From Selaginella moellendorffii (taxonomy: Eukaryota; Plantae; Lycopodiophyta), in contig NW_003314265.1 of the NCBI RefSeq assembly GCF_000143415.4, positions 3,840,443 through 3,904,442 on the forward strand: a DNA stretch of 64,000 nt, written 5' to 3'. The notes beneath the pieces were generated by a model. The model saw only the letters and a list, made by a program, of their open reading frames with translations, searched no databases and was not told where the DNA came from. Made by a program: the position numbers and the translations under genes. Positions 36,414 through 48,134 of this stretch are shown one piece after another. Numbering within the stretch: the stretch's first letter is position 1; each line of letters starts with the position of its first letter.

Positions 36414-39400
36414 TTACCTCCTTGAGGTTGAAGGCAACTCACGAAATCCTCTGAGCCGGCGTTTGAAGAAATGATGTTCTTCAATAGCAAACACCGACCT
36501 ACCAGAGTCACGTGCTGCCTCCACCATAGAACCACTACCTGCTGTGCAATCAATCACAATACCATCTGGTGGGCAATAGAGCTCAAGCAAGACTTGCATT
36601 GCTGATGGAGTTCGGAATCGGTACCCTGGAAACGTGTTGCGGATCTGCTCATCCACAAGGTTGGGTATGATGTTAGTGGAACTGTCGTACCCAGGCAAAA
36701 CACGTGCTGCACGTTCACTATCACGAAACCCATCATGTGTGTTTTTGCAGAAGGCATGATAGGTCCACATCATAACCTGGAAAATAAAAATGTTTAGAAA
36801 TTAGATAAAAATATAAAATACATACTCACTTTTTCAGGCTTCCCTTGGACGCCCCTTGTATCAACGCCAATAGGATCCATAATGCACCCGGAAGAGAATG
36901 ACTTGAAATGAACTTCTGCTGCGCACGTCATAAGCTCATACATCCAGTTGGGGTCATTCGGTAGGATGAAGATGACATGGCCAGCTTCGAGCATAAGTAC
37001 TTCGGACAATAGGAATGCATCGCGCAAGTGGTCAGGTGTGAGAAAGTTCCAATCCTCAACTTTCCCATCGATATCTGAAAGACCATCTGGAAAGTCGAAG
37101 AGAATGAAGTCCGCAACTGGGAGCACGGGCCTTTGTATCTTTCGGCACCAACGGTTGAACTGGCGGCGTATATCCATGTTGATGTCGTCTTCCGTGAAAG
37201 ATGTCAATAATCTACTATAAGAGCCAATGAAGATACCCACAATGCCTCGTTGTGTTATTGGGGACACAGGACGGACCTATAAAAGAGCTAAGTGAATGAA
37301 AAAAGTAATAAATAGTATGATACCGTCATATGGCGTGTTGTCGATGAGAGTTCCTCCAACTCCTCTTCACGAGCATCTCGTCGAGCTGGAATGAAATTAC
37401 TGCCAACAGTCATTGCTGCAAAAAACATATATTACCACCTTTAGTTTGTAAAATTCACTTTTGCTTACCTCGAGGTCGACGTGATATTCTGTGAACCACT
37501 TGATCATCGTTATTTACTGGTAAAACCTGATCCGGATCTTGGTTGTTTGATGGTTGAATTGGAGCCTGTTCCTGACTGTCTGGTGGTGGAACATGAACTT
37601 GATCTGGAGCTTCCTCATCCTCGTCTCCATCGTCACTTGCATTGCCATCGTTGCTAGCATTGATAATTTCCTCGCGATCTAGTGTAGAGGTCTCCTTCCC
37701 TAGGAGCTCCAACTCCCAAGGGCATTCTATCTTCCGTGCCTTTGGAACTTTCGCAAACATTGTTGGATACATTCCTCCATCTCTTACACCCTTTGCAACA
37801 AGTCGAGTGCAAACTGGTGCCTCAAATGGCATGCCTCTATATCGAAGATACCTGTAAACAATATATTTAAAAAAACAGTCTTAGAAATCATATTATACCT
37901 ATAAGCTGCACGTCGCATGAAATAAGGTTGACCATGTTGGCAATCATAAGTTGTTGTGCTTGTAGACTTCTCTGGCAGCCACCCCTCTTCGATCCCTTCC
38001 AATGACGTGTTGATGTAGGTGTCGAAAAACATGAATGTGCCATCTGGATCGTCACCAATGTGTGGTGCCAAGAACTTCTCACCTTCACTTATAGTTTGCG
38101 TGATGTAGACAGCCCTTCTCATCATGTTCTCAAATAGTTCTGGCAGTCCTTTNNNNNNNNNNNNNNNNNNNNNNNNNNNNNNNNNNNNNNNNNNNNNNNN
38201 NNNNNNNNNNNNNNNNNNNNNNNNNNNNNNNNNNNNNNNNNNNNNNNNNNNNTGCTTATATGGAAGCTTCGATTTTGCCGATATTGTAAATCATATCATC
38301 TGGAGTTTTGTTCACTGCAAAAGTAACATATGCATAATTAAAAAAAATGAAGTGTGATAAAAAACTTACATTCATGAGAAGAAATTTCGGCTATAGTCTC
38401 TAGCCACTCCTTCGGCCTGCGATTGTCTGCAATGCATACTAGTTTCTTCAACTTTGAGGACTTTGCATGCTGAATTTTGTGCTCAATTTGTACAAACTCA
38501 GCTGAGAGCTCTTCCCGACTCTTCTCCGGATATGCAAGTTCGTAAGCATCCTGCTTGACCTTCACCAAAGGCTAAAAACCAAAACAATTAAAAGAGGCTT
38601 TTATAAAATAAAAGGGAAAGACATACTTTACACCACACAGCGAGCATAAAACTGATTGGGTTGTTGAACCAAGTTGTACCGTCATTTCGAGTGCGTGAGT
38701 GCCGAACAAGTGTTGCGAGATCATCACCATAATGTTGGCGGATGTCATCCTCACTCAAGTCTGCCAAAAATCGAAGTTGCTCGATGTCATGGACAAGATT
38801 TTGTTTTTGAACAGCGAACTGCCCAAGCCTACATTTAAACACAACAAAACAAGTTAAAGTGGAGTTAGAGGTAAAATTATAAAACTTACGCATTGATCTT
38901 TTGGCAGGCCAAGATAAGTCTGTTGACATCCAAAGGTCCCCTCGCGTAGACATGGCCGACTGGAACGTTGATATGGTAGACAGGATCATCGCGAAAATGA
39001 TCGTCGATACACTTCATCCAAGCTCCATATCGGTGGTTACCATCAATAATTTGGAACATTGTCCCCGCAAGCTGTCGAGTCTCAGGATGTCTGATAAGCA
39101 TGTCATCAAATTCTAGGGACTTCCTCCTCCAAATAGGATCCCAGCTATTCACAATCTCGGGTGTGACAGTAATGATCTCCGTTGTTCCTGGCTTGCAAAA
39201 AGAGACTAGAAACATACCGATATTTGTTGCAAGGCCATTCTGTTTGAACAAGTTGTATATATCCGGGTTGACATACTTGGATGCTGTGCGGACAAGGTTC
39301 GTCTGCTGCAAACGGCAAAGGGGGATTTCTCTGATCAAGTCACAAGGGCCTGGCCACTTGAGCGCCTCAAGTGTTTGGTGAACTGCTTTTTCCCTTGTCC

Positions 39401-40250
39401 GCATAACAGTCTCTTGGAAGCGCTTGTCCACCACGTTGTCAGGAAGGTCTGCAACTCTTTCAGCTCCAGGTTGTTCCTCAGGTTCCCTATCGTGAACACC
39501 ACTAGATTGCCCAACTTCAGGGATTTGCGTTGGTGGTGGTGGCGGTGGTGGCGGGGGCAAAGGCAATAGTGGCAGTGGTGGTGGCAATGGTGGTGGTGGC
39601 GGTGGCGGCGGGGGCAGAGGCAATAGTGGTAGTGGTGGTGGCAATGGTGGTGGTGGCGGTGGCGATGGAGGTGGTGGAGGTGGTGATGGAGGTGGTGGAG
39701 GTGGCGATGGCGGTGGTGGAGGTGGTGATGGTGGAGGTGATGGTGGTGGAGGTGGTGATGGTGGAGGTGATGGTGGTGGAGGTGGTGAATCTCTATCTAA
39801 ATGTGTCTCTGTTGTGCCAATGGACATGTCGATTGTGATGTCATCGTCAGTGCCAAATTGAACTTCTCGTGTCTTCTTGGCTCCANNNNNNNNNNNNNNN
39901 NNNNNNNNNNNNNNNNNNNNNNNNNNNNNNNNNNNNNNNNNNNNNNNNNNNNNNNNNNNNNNNNNNNNNNNNNNNNNNNNNNNNNNNNNNNNNNNNNNNN
40001 NNNNNNNNNNNNNNNNNNNNNNNNNNNNNNNNNNNNNNNNNNNNNNNNNNNNNNNNNNNNNNNNNNNNNNNNNNNNNNNNNNNNNNNNNNNNNNNNNNNN
40101 NNNNNNNNNNNNNNNNNNNNNNNNNNNNNNNNNNNNNNNNNNNNNNNNNNNNNNNNNNNNNNNNNNNNNNNNNNNNNNNNNNNNNNNNNNNNNNNNNNNN
40201 NNNNNNNNNNNNNNNNNAGCAATCAAATCGAAACTCACCCTTGGCGGCAT
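36414..40250 (-). CDS. Multi-exon Pro-rich + ParB/Srx-like + beta-class N6A/N4C DNA methyltransferase-fold protein
   Basis: Exons joined by short GT-AG introns (approx. 40250-38890, 38828-38627, 38571-38370, 38314-37899, 37851-37469, 37415-37324, 37276-36830, 36776-36414); IIDGNHRY; DFILFDFPDG (motif IV position); FRTP..LLELYCPPDGIVIDCTAGSGSMVEAARDSGRSVFAIE (motifs X-I-II); two N-gaps inside. Confidence 0.75.
38153..38252. other. Assembly gap (N run)
   Basis: 100 N. Confidence 1.
39886..40217. other. Assembly gap (N run)
   Basis: N run. Confidence 1.
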
Positions 40251-40284
40251 CTTTCCTCCCTCGATTTCTTGATCATGCTAGATT

Positions 40285-40575
40285 TCTTGTGCGCTCAATC
40301 TCTCCTTCTCGCGCGCTCAATCTCTCCTGCTTGCGCACTCAATCTCTCCCGCTCGCGCGCTCAAACTCTCCCGCTCGCGCACTCAATCTCTCGATCTCTT
40401 GCGCGCTCAATCTCTCGATCTCTTGCGCGCTCAATCTCTCGATCTCTTGCACACTCAATCTCTCGATCTCTTGCACGCTCAATCGCTCGATCTCCTTCGC
40501 GCTCAATCGCTCGATCTCCTTCGCGCTCAATCCCTCGATCTCCTTCGCGCTCAATCTCTCGATCTCTCGTGCGCT
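40285..40575. repeat. ~12 x 22-24-bp tandem array upstream of the ParB-MTase gene
   Basis: GCGCGCTCAATCTCTCGATCTCTT units; the first four are 22 bp, the rest 24 bp. Confidence 0.95.
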
Positions 40576-41729
40576 CCACTCACGATGCGAACAGTAACCT
40601 AATCTTGGTGGCTACCCTAACCCTAATCCTGACGGCTGCCCTAACCCTAACCTATCTCTCATCCTGGCCGTTCATTCCGAATAACCTAAATCTCAACCAT
40701 CACAATATCTTTGATCTTATTTTATCTTATCATTATTATTATATGTAAATTATGCTTCTTTATTTTGTATATTTTAATGATGGTATAACTAGCACCTATC
40801 AACATTTCTGTTATTAGAGATATGATATTATATTTTACAAATTATCTAGAAAGGATGCATTCTCATCACTATTTTGTACATATTTTGGAATCGTTACAAG
40901 AACTTCAAAGAGTATAAATAAGGCACGTTAAAATATGTTGTACTATATCCATCTATGAATGGATGAATCCGCATCCAGAAATTTATTTTGTACTGTATTA
41001 GATCCTAAACAATAGGCACGTGCTTTAAATGTCATTGAGCAGTGTTCACAATTATGGATAAAACTTGAGTTGTACTACGAATCAAATCTGTTATTGAAGA
41101 ATAAGATTTGACAAGATTTATTATCATCTACCACTTAAAATTTGACAACTTGACATATCACACGTGCTGATAGTTAGATTGGATCTCTTGGTTTAACACG
41201 TTATAGCAGAATGTCATTACTGGTATCATTATTAACTATCAAACTTCACGTGCTGAAAATCTTTCCTTGGATCTATGTGTATACATGCATCAGACATCAT
41301 AATAGATGACAGTAATATTAATACTGTCACACTTACACATGTTAAATTTGCTATAGAATTTAAATTCATTTTGTACGTTGTCTTCTTATTACTCTATTTA
41401 AATTTCAATTATGTTTCACTATAGATTTTTACAAGTAGCATAAAGAGAGAGAACTCCAAAACCTATTGAGAAGGATGGAGAGGTTTCTTCTTCATTTTCG
41501 AGATCACCCACCTCTTTCATTCTCTCAGAGTATTGTTTCTGAAAGTTTTTTATGTCGGCGTTTTGATCTTCGTCTTGGCTCTATTTCTTTAGAGGCTGTG
41601 ATCCGCAACGACACCGGTATAGTTGCATACTCGGAGTTTCTTCTTTCTGGTGTGGGTGAGGGTGGACAACAATGGGATTTACAAAATTCCAAGTCGAAGG
41701 AGATTCGAGTGTTTGGATCTCCAGTCAAA

Positions 41730-44700
41730 ATGCCAAAATGCGCTCCAGCGAAAGTGAATGTGAAGCAAGAGTCAGTCGTTATCCTCTCGTCCTCTTCTAG
41801 TTCAAGTGAAGATGTCATGCTAGTGTCGGCGCCAAATTCACTAGCTCCAGCTCCAACTTCAGCAATATTCAAAGCCGTTAGCAATGCTTTCCAATTTTCA
41901 CGCATCTCAATCAACATGCACTTGTTTTTGTATAGGCTTGTGAGTGAGCTTCCATCCTCCTACAACGGCAACATTTTCTTCGAGCTACCACCTCTTGTCA
42001 GCAGCACAGGTTCCAAACGGAAGGGGATGGAAACCAAGCAGGATGTCCACAATTGGTGCAAGATCAAGACCACACACTTTCAACATTTTGAAGGCACAGT
42101 GTCTATAGTTCATTGTGGCGGGCATTTAGATTGTGTGGATGAAGCATGCAATCGAGACCGCTCTAGAAACTCTATATTTTTCGAAGGGTCTGCAGTCAAT
42201 CCTCCAGCCTGTGACACCATTGCTGTTGGATTCAAATGTCGATTCTGCAAAAATGCTCCTCTATGTCGTGCTATCTGCGAGGCCAAGATGTACTACTTTC
42301 TTCCACGGGATGGAGTGGCTGGAAGAGCTGCAGTGCATGTTGGCACACATATGCATCCAATGCAGGAAGGGATACAAAGGAGTTCTCTCAACCGTTTCAA
42401 AGATGCTGTACAGGAAGAGACTATGAGAAACTCATCTGCAACTCCGAAGCATATTCAGAAGACCGTCCTCAAGGATTTTATCGCAAATACCTTACTCAAT
42501 CCAGGTTGCCAAAAGACTCAACTAAACGAGGCTAGCTTGCGGGACTTACTACGAGGAGTACAACCTGCTACTAGCCTAAGGAGGTACATCCATTATTTTT
42601 CATACGTTATAATAATAATTTTTTCTTACATTATATTGTTTAGGATAAAATCTTGGATGTGTGAATCTCGAGAGGGGAAGTTGCAATCAAAAATTGACTC
42701 CATCCTTGAATTGAAACGGACCTGTCCATACGAGTTCATCCACAGAAGTTTGTTTCCAGACCAAGTTGTGAATGAGCAAGAGCGCCCCTTCGTCTTCAAA
42801 ATGTCTACCATGGGCCCTGCCTCTGGTGTAGATCTTGTCTCCCGAATGGACATGTTTGGGTCCAGTGACCTTGCAAATGCATGGGTACATTTTGACCATA
42901 TGGAGCGTGTATCCGGTTGGACAACCATGGGAGCTCATGTGTACGATCCAAGGTAATTTTTATTCTCATTATATTGAAATTGTTATAATATTTATGTTTT
43001 CATAGGCTACGTTGTAACTTAACAATTGCGACAGCAGAGTTTAAAGTACAAGACCAGACAGCACAGGAAATATTTTGGAAGTCCCTCTCTGATATTGTCC
43101 TAAAGCGGATTGGTAAGCCTGCAAACTTTCGTGGTTTCATGGCAGATGGGGCTGGTGCAAACTGGAATGGTATCCGAGCAGTTTTTGGGAATGGTCAACC
43201 ATTGGAAGGTCGTGAGAGGACTTGTGAGTTCCATTGGGCTCAAAGCCTAAACCAGCACTACCACCTTATCAAGCCAGAGTTTCAATCAATATTTAAGGAG
43301 TTGTGCAAACAATGGCAGGTTGCACCTTCTGAAGAAGAGCATGAGGCAAAAGCAAACGAGATTCGAATGTGGTGGCGTGAAGATGGCCATACAGACGTAA
43401 GTTGCCTACCACAACTTGAGTCATGGTTAGGATGGTGGGAAGTTAGGATGTTCCAATGGGGACATCACTCTTTTCAGGTTGGTTTATATTTTTTCTTCTC
43501 CTTTTATTACCTTTTAATATTGCCTTTTCCATTAGGATCAACCACTTGAGGACCTCGCATACACCCCAACTGTGAATCTCTCCGAAAGTAAGCATTGGAG
43601 TTGGCGTTCCTCTGAGGCAGGGAAAGGGAAGATGAGTCTATACGAAGCCTGTCTATCAGATTTGATACGTGCTATAGAGCAATCTTCAAAAGCACTGGCA
43701 TTCGAGGAAGGAAGATACATGGGAACAGGGCCTTCTGTTGAGATGTTACATGATAGGATGAAGAGAAAATTAACTCCACCCGCCCGAACAGTGGCAACTG
43801 CAGTTGAGGAAGTGGTCCATGGCACATCTATGGAGTACACTCCCCGAGCTTCTATTGGTGATATGAAGACTGTCCGCTCAAAGCGTCGTTTTTCCTTTGC
43901 TAGGGAAGATGTTGGTACGGACCTTGGAGCAAAAAGCTCCCACAGGCCTGATGTCGAGTACCATTCTGCTCCAAGACACCGCTCTCGGACTGAGCCACCT
44001 CAAGTGGCTGATGAAGAGAGTGCATCGCAACAGGTTGAAATTGCTTATCGTAACGTGGAGCCGAAGCAATGGGCAATCCGACGTGTGCCAGCAAAATCAA
44101 ATGTAAGGTGTGTGGGGATGCTTCCGAGGGGCAAGTGTTGGGCTTGGATTCGTGGTGAAAAATCTGCTTCTGTTCCAGCCCCATGTTTCTATGGGGAACG
44201 AAAGCAAGCAGGATTTTCAAGATGGTGCTGGCTATATTGTTGCAACACCGACGCCAACCATACGAAGCGGCTTGAAGACACTATAGTGACTAAACCTGAT
44301 GCAGTACCTAAAGAATGGCCAGTTGTTAATGGGGTCGCGCTCACCTCGGATGAGATTGAAAACCTTGAGAAATCTGGTTTTAATCTTGAGAGGAGAGTTG
44401 GAGACATGAGTGACAGGAGCAGGACTATTCCTACAGAGATGCACAGGAGGCCAGCACGAAAAGGTAAAGCAGTTAAATTTATTGGTACCGTCTCCAAGCA
44501 GAAGCAAGGTAAAATAAACTTGGCTCAAACACTTGAGTGTGAGATTCTCTCTACGAAGTACATCACTGCGCTTGCAAAGGAGTACATAGTCAAAACAGAA
44601 GGTGGAGAGTACACAATTGCCATTCACGACTTTCCTTCTTGCACATGTCTAGACTTTACGAAGCGCGAGGAACATGGGAAGGCATATGCTCCTTGCAAGC

Positions 44701-44813
44701 ATATGTACTACATCTTCATCAACATCTTGCACCAGGATCCTAAAGTGGATATTCATATACACCAAGCAAGCCTTACTATTGCTGAGTTGCAGAAAACTTT
44801 TGGAGCTAATTAG
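41730..44813 (+). CDS. MULE-type DDE transposase with N-terminal Cys/His (GCM/WRKY-like) domain and C-terminal SWIM finger
   Basis: HFDHMERV (D1), FMADGAGANWNGIRAVF (D2), CEFHW (CxxH), TVNLSESKH (E), CTCLDF...CKH (SWIM); introns 42953-43005 and 43478-43535 keep frame; start may be as far up as 41475. Confidence 0.85.
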
Positions 44814-44904
44814 ATTTCTCCAACACTATCGATGTTTATTCTCTATCAATAAAACTTATTATACTTTATATAATTAATACAAATGTGCTTTTTCATTTCA
44901 CTTT

Positions 44905-45357
44905 TCATTTTATATGCTTCCGAGTGTTCTTCTCGCAATACTGCCCATAGTACTCGTGTGTCTCCATTTCTGTCTTTACCATCTCAAAAAAGATTTCATG
45001 GTAGTCTTTCGGGTGCGTGATGTTACAGTGTGTCGCAAGAGCATATATACCATCATACTGATCATTGCCATTGTTTCCACCAGACGCTAGAAAACATATG
45101 GGGCACTTCTTGAAAGTGGCAGAACTGCACTTTTCTAAAACAAGTAAGAGGGCATTCTTTTTCACCCAATTTGTTGCACCCTCTGTCATTGCATTTATCT
45201 CCAACTCATGATCACTATCCTCACTATCCTCTCTTTCATTCTCTTGTGTGATTTGGTTATGCTGTGCAATGGGATAGTTATTGCATCTCCTAGCCCTTGA
45301 GCCCTGGGAAGAAAGATTGTGAGAGTTAAAATTACCAACACTAGAACCCATAGACAT
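44905..45357 (-). CDS. Small zinc-finger protein (zf-XS-like), right-end cargo ORF
   Basis: KCPICFLASGGNNGNDQYDGIYALATHCNITHPKDYHEIFFEMVKTEMETHEYY; paralogous to 35312-35857. Confidence 0.6.
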   Translation of the reverse strand: MSMGSSVGNFNSHNLSSQGSRARRCNNYPIAQHNQITQENEREDSEDSDHELEINAMTEGATNWVKKNALLLVLEKCSSATFKKCPICFLASGGNNGNDQYDGIYALATHCNITHPKDYHEIFFEMVKTEMETHEYYGQYCEKNTRKHIK

Positions 45358-48134
45358 TTGTGGGTGTATTTCCCTTTTTTCGAATGAGAGTGTGAATGAA
45401 GATCTATAAATTCTAGACAGTATGCTACGACAAACCCCTCAAGAATGTATTCTACAAAGAACCAAGTCTTTCTTTTATATGCAATAAGCTTACATCAACG
45501 GTTATTTTTTTTCCTTTCAAACGGTTATATGGTTTCACATAGAATCTTATTTTAAATTTAATAATTTTTTAATTCTGACAAACCTAACATTTACTAGCCA
45601 GAAAGCATAGAGTACAAATTTAAAGAAGTGACAAGAATACTCTTTTTTCAAACATTTTATTTTATGTTCTAACAAATGTCCCTATCATTGCATGTAGTAA
45701 ATATTTAAATTATTAGAACAAAATGTGTTCTTTAGAACATTTTTATCTATATAATATATAGAGAGTTATTAAATTATTAGGTTCGCCATAACCTTAAAAT
45801 TTTAAAATTTATAATGTTTGTACTAAATTACAATTGAAAATTGAGCTCAACTCGTGAGCTCAACTCTTCAACTCGTGAGCTCAAGTATGGTCCGCGCCCA
45901 TAAATAAAGAGGGACTTACTGGGGATGGTAGAAGGGACATTGGGGAAAGGTGTTCCTTATATCTCTGTGCATCTTAAGGGTGCCAAAGTCTGGTCAAGGG
46001 ATGATCACTCATGGACGGATGGCCCAATCTTTGGGAGACAAAACTGTGATGTAAGTGGTGTTGGACCACTAGTGTGACAAAAGTGAATGGGCATGGCTTT
46101 AGTGTAATGAGCTGATATGTCAATGGTCCCTTTGGGTGTTAATCATGAGATCAGACACATGGAGCATTTGGACCAAGTGTAAAGGTTGAATAGCATAGAT
46201 GCCATTCTCAAGGCTAGTAAGTCCCCAAATTCAAAATAAGATTTATGAAAGTTGTGAGTGAGACTCCTTTATGTGGTCAAAGATGTGGTTAAGTGACTAA
46301 AGTAGAATGGAAAATTTAATTGCTTACAATTTAGTATTGGAATTGTTCCTTAATTCGACTTTTATTGGTGATCAAGTATATCACCACTTGTTTTGGTATT
46401 AGAAGGTCCTAAATGTGGGCCTACCCTCAAGGAGTAACATGTCGAAAGGGCATGACTCCCCACCTTAGTTCATAAGTGAACATAGTGACAATATGGTGGG
46501 TAGAAAAGGGCTAATTTGGGAACAACTTTGGGATTTTAGCAAATTGGCAGATAAGGTTGTAATAAATAAATATAGTTGGGATCACGGGAATGATGGAAAC
46601 TCCTAGACGATAAAGGAGTCATAAAGTTATCCTCATATGGTTAAGGATGGTTTTTAAGAATTTGAGGCTAAAATTAATGACCATGGGAGGTTAAATATGA
46701 ATAAAGACATAAGTCTTTGAAATAGTAGTGAGGTTACCTCTAATAAATGCTGGAATAAACCCAAAAGAGTTGGGGGTGTACTTAGAGGATGAGTCGGTAT
46801 TCTCATTATATAGACAGATAGTCTTAAGGGGCAAAGGTAACCCACAGGGAACGGAAAATAATTAAGTGTCAAAGTAATATTTACTGTAGATAGTCTTTGT
46901 AAGTAAAACATGAATACAAAAAGTTGTATTCCGGTGAATTGACACATAAAAAATAAGTATGAGGCTAAAACTTTATGGGTCATTGAATTAGAAAAGTTTA
47001 AAGAGCTAAATGACTCAAGTGGAATCAAGGAATGGTCTTAAAGGACTGATAGAAGCATTTGAACGAATGTGTGTTACATCCTATGAAGAACGGGAAAGAT
47101 CATAAGATTAAGTATGAGAACAATGGGTATCTCATTAATGGTAGAATGTGCCATACTAAACTTTGGCATAGAGTTATGTATGAACACCATAGTGTAATAC
47201 TAACTAATAGTTGGTATGAGAAATGATTGCTTTGGTCTTAGCAAAGACTTAAACATGAATGGAAAGTATTATGAAAGTAGGTTTGTGGAGGTGATGGGGT
47301 GAAGACCCCAAATGTCTCAAGAGATAAGGCCTTGAAGTCAAGTCGGTTGGTTCACGAGAACCTTTTGTTAAAGGAATCCCAATGGAAATGAGATTAGTAT
47401 AGCCTAAACTAGAAGGCATGCAATTCAAGTGTGTGGACCTAAATAATGATAAAAGTGTGAAAGCATTAGCAATGAGTTCTAGGACTTGACGATTATGAGG
47501 CAATTAAATAAAATATATGGCATAATTTAGTAGATTGGTAGAAGTTAACTTCTTAAGACTTCTTATTAGGATAAAAAAGGTTAGATATATCCCGCAGGGG
47601 GGTAAATTATTTATGTTGAGATATAGTAAGTCAATGTTATAAAGAGAAATGTTCATTGTTAAAGAAGGCCATTATTATAACACTTAAACACTCTAAAACA
47701 CCAAGAAGTGGTATTTGATATCATAAAGGCTTTAGATAAGGCCTAAGGGACTAAATCCCTAATGAATAATAGATAAAAGGTGCTATCTAGTATCCAAGGT
47801 TACGAAGGTAGGAAAAATCTATATATCTGAATTAAACAAAGCTAAAAAGGGATTTTGGCATAATTAGCAATAGGTATAAAGAGGCACATGCAAAATGACA
47901 TTAATCCTAGTGTGTGGGATTACAAGGTGAGTAAACGAAGATTATGTCGACAAAAATGCAAAAAGGGAAAAATTGTCACAAGAATTGGGAAGATTTTTGT
48001 AGATCGGTTGTTGAAGATTGCACACTACATTCTAACTGTGGAAACAGTGAATGCGAAGCAAGGAGCAAAACTCTATTTTTATGAAGTCGTGGTCTTCCCA
48101 AGTAGATTAAAACATTTGAATATGAGAATGTGAT

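Larger units (their letters stand above)
34012..45899. mobile_element. Mutator-like (MULE) TIR DNA transposon, ~11.9 kb, with cargo genes
   Basis: TSD (C)ATAAATAA at 34004-34011 and 45900-45907; imperfect TIRs GGGGATGGTCCAAAGTTGAG / revcomp GGGCGCGGACCATACTTGAG; subterminal GAGTTGAGCTCA(T/C)GAGTTGAGCTCAATT inverted at both ends; internal DDE-SWIM transposase. Confidence 0.88.
33440..48110 (+). mobile_element. Decayed Ty3/gypsy-like gag-pol remnant split by the TIR insertion (33440-34011 and 45908-48110)
   Basis: Joining the flanks gives a degenerate zinc-knuckle-like string (GTYWGW*KGHWG); many stops; integrase-like VDRLLKIAHYI near 48000. Confidence 0.45.

Noticed and set aside
39520-39790. 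Extensin gene or Val-rich plus-strand ORF
   Set aside because: The poly-Pro is in frame with the ParB-like exon and has no signal peptide; the plus-strand ORF is its antisense shadow
36414-40250. Bacterial contamination as the source of the ParB-MTase
   Set aside because: The gene has several short GT-AG introns like host genes and lies within a TSD-flanked TIR element
40285-40575. CRISPR-like array, or repetitive proteins (ARSISRSL / EIERLSAQ)
   Set aside because: Contiguous units without spacers; the ORFs are by-products of a 24-bp period
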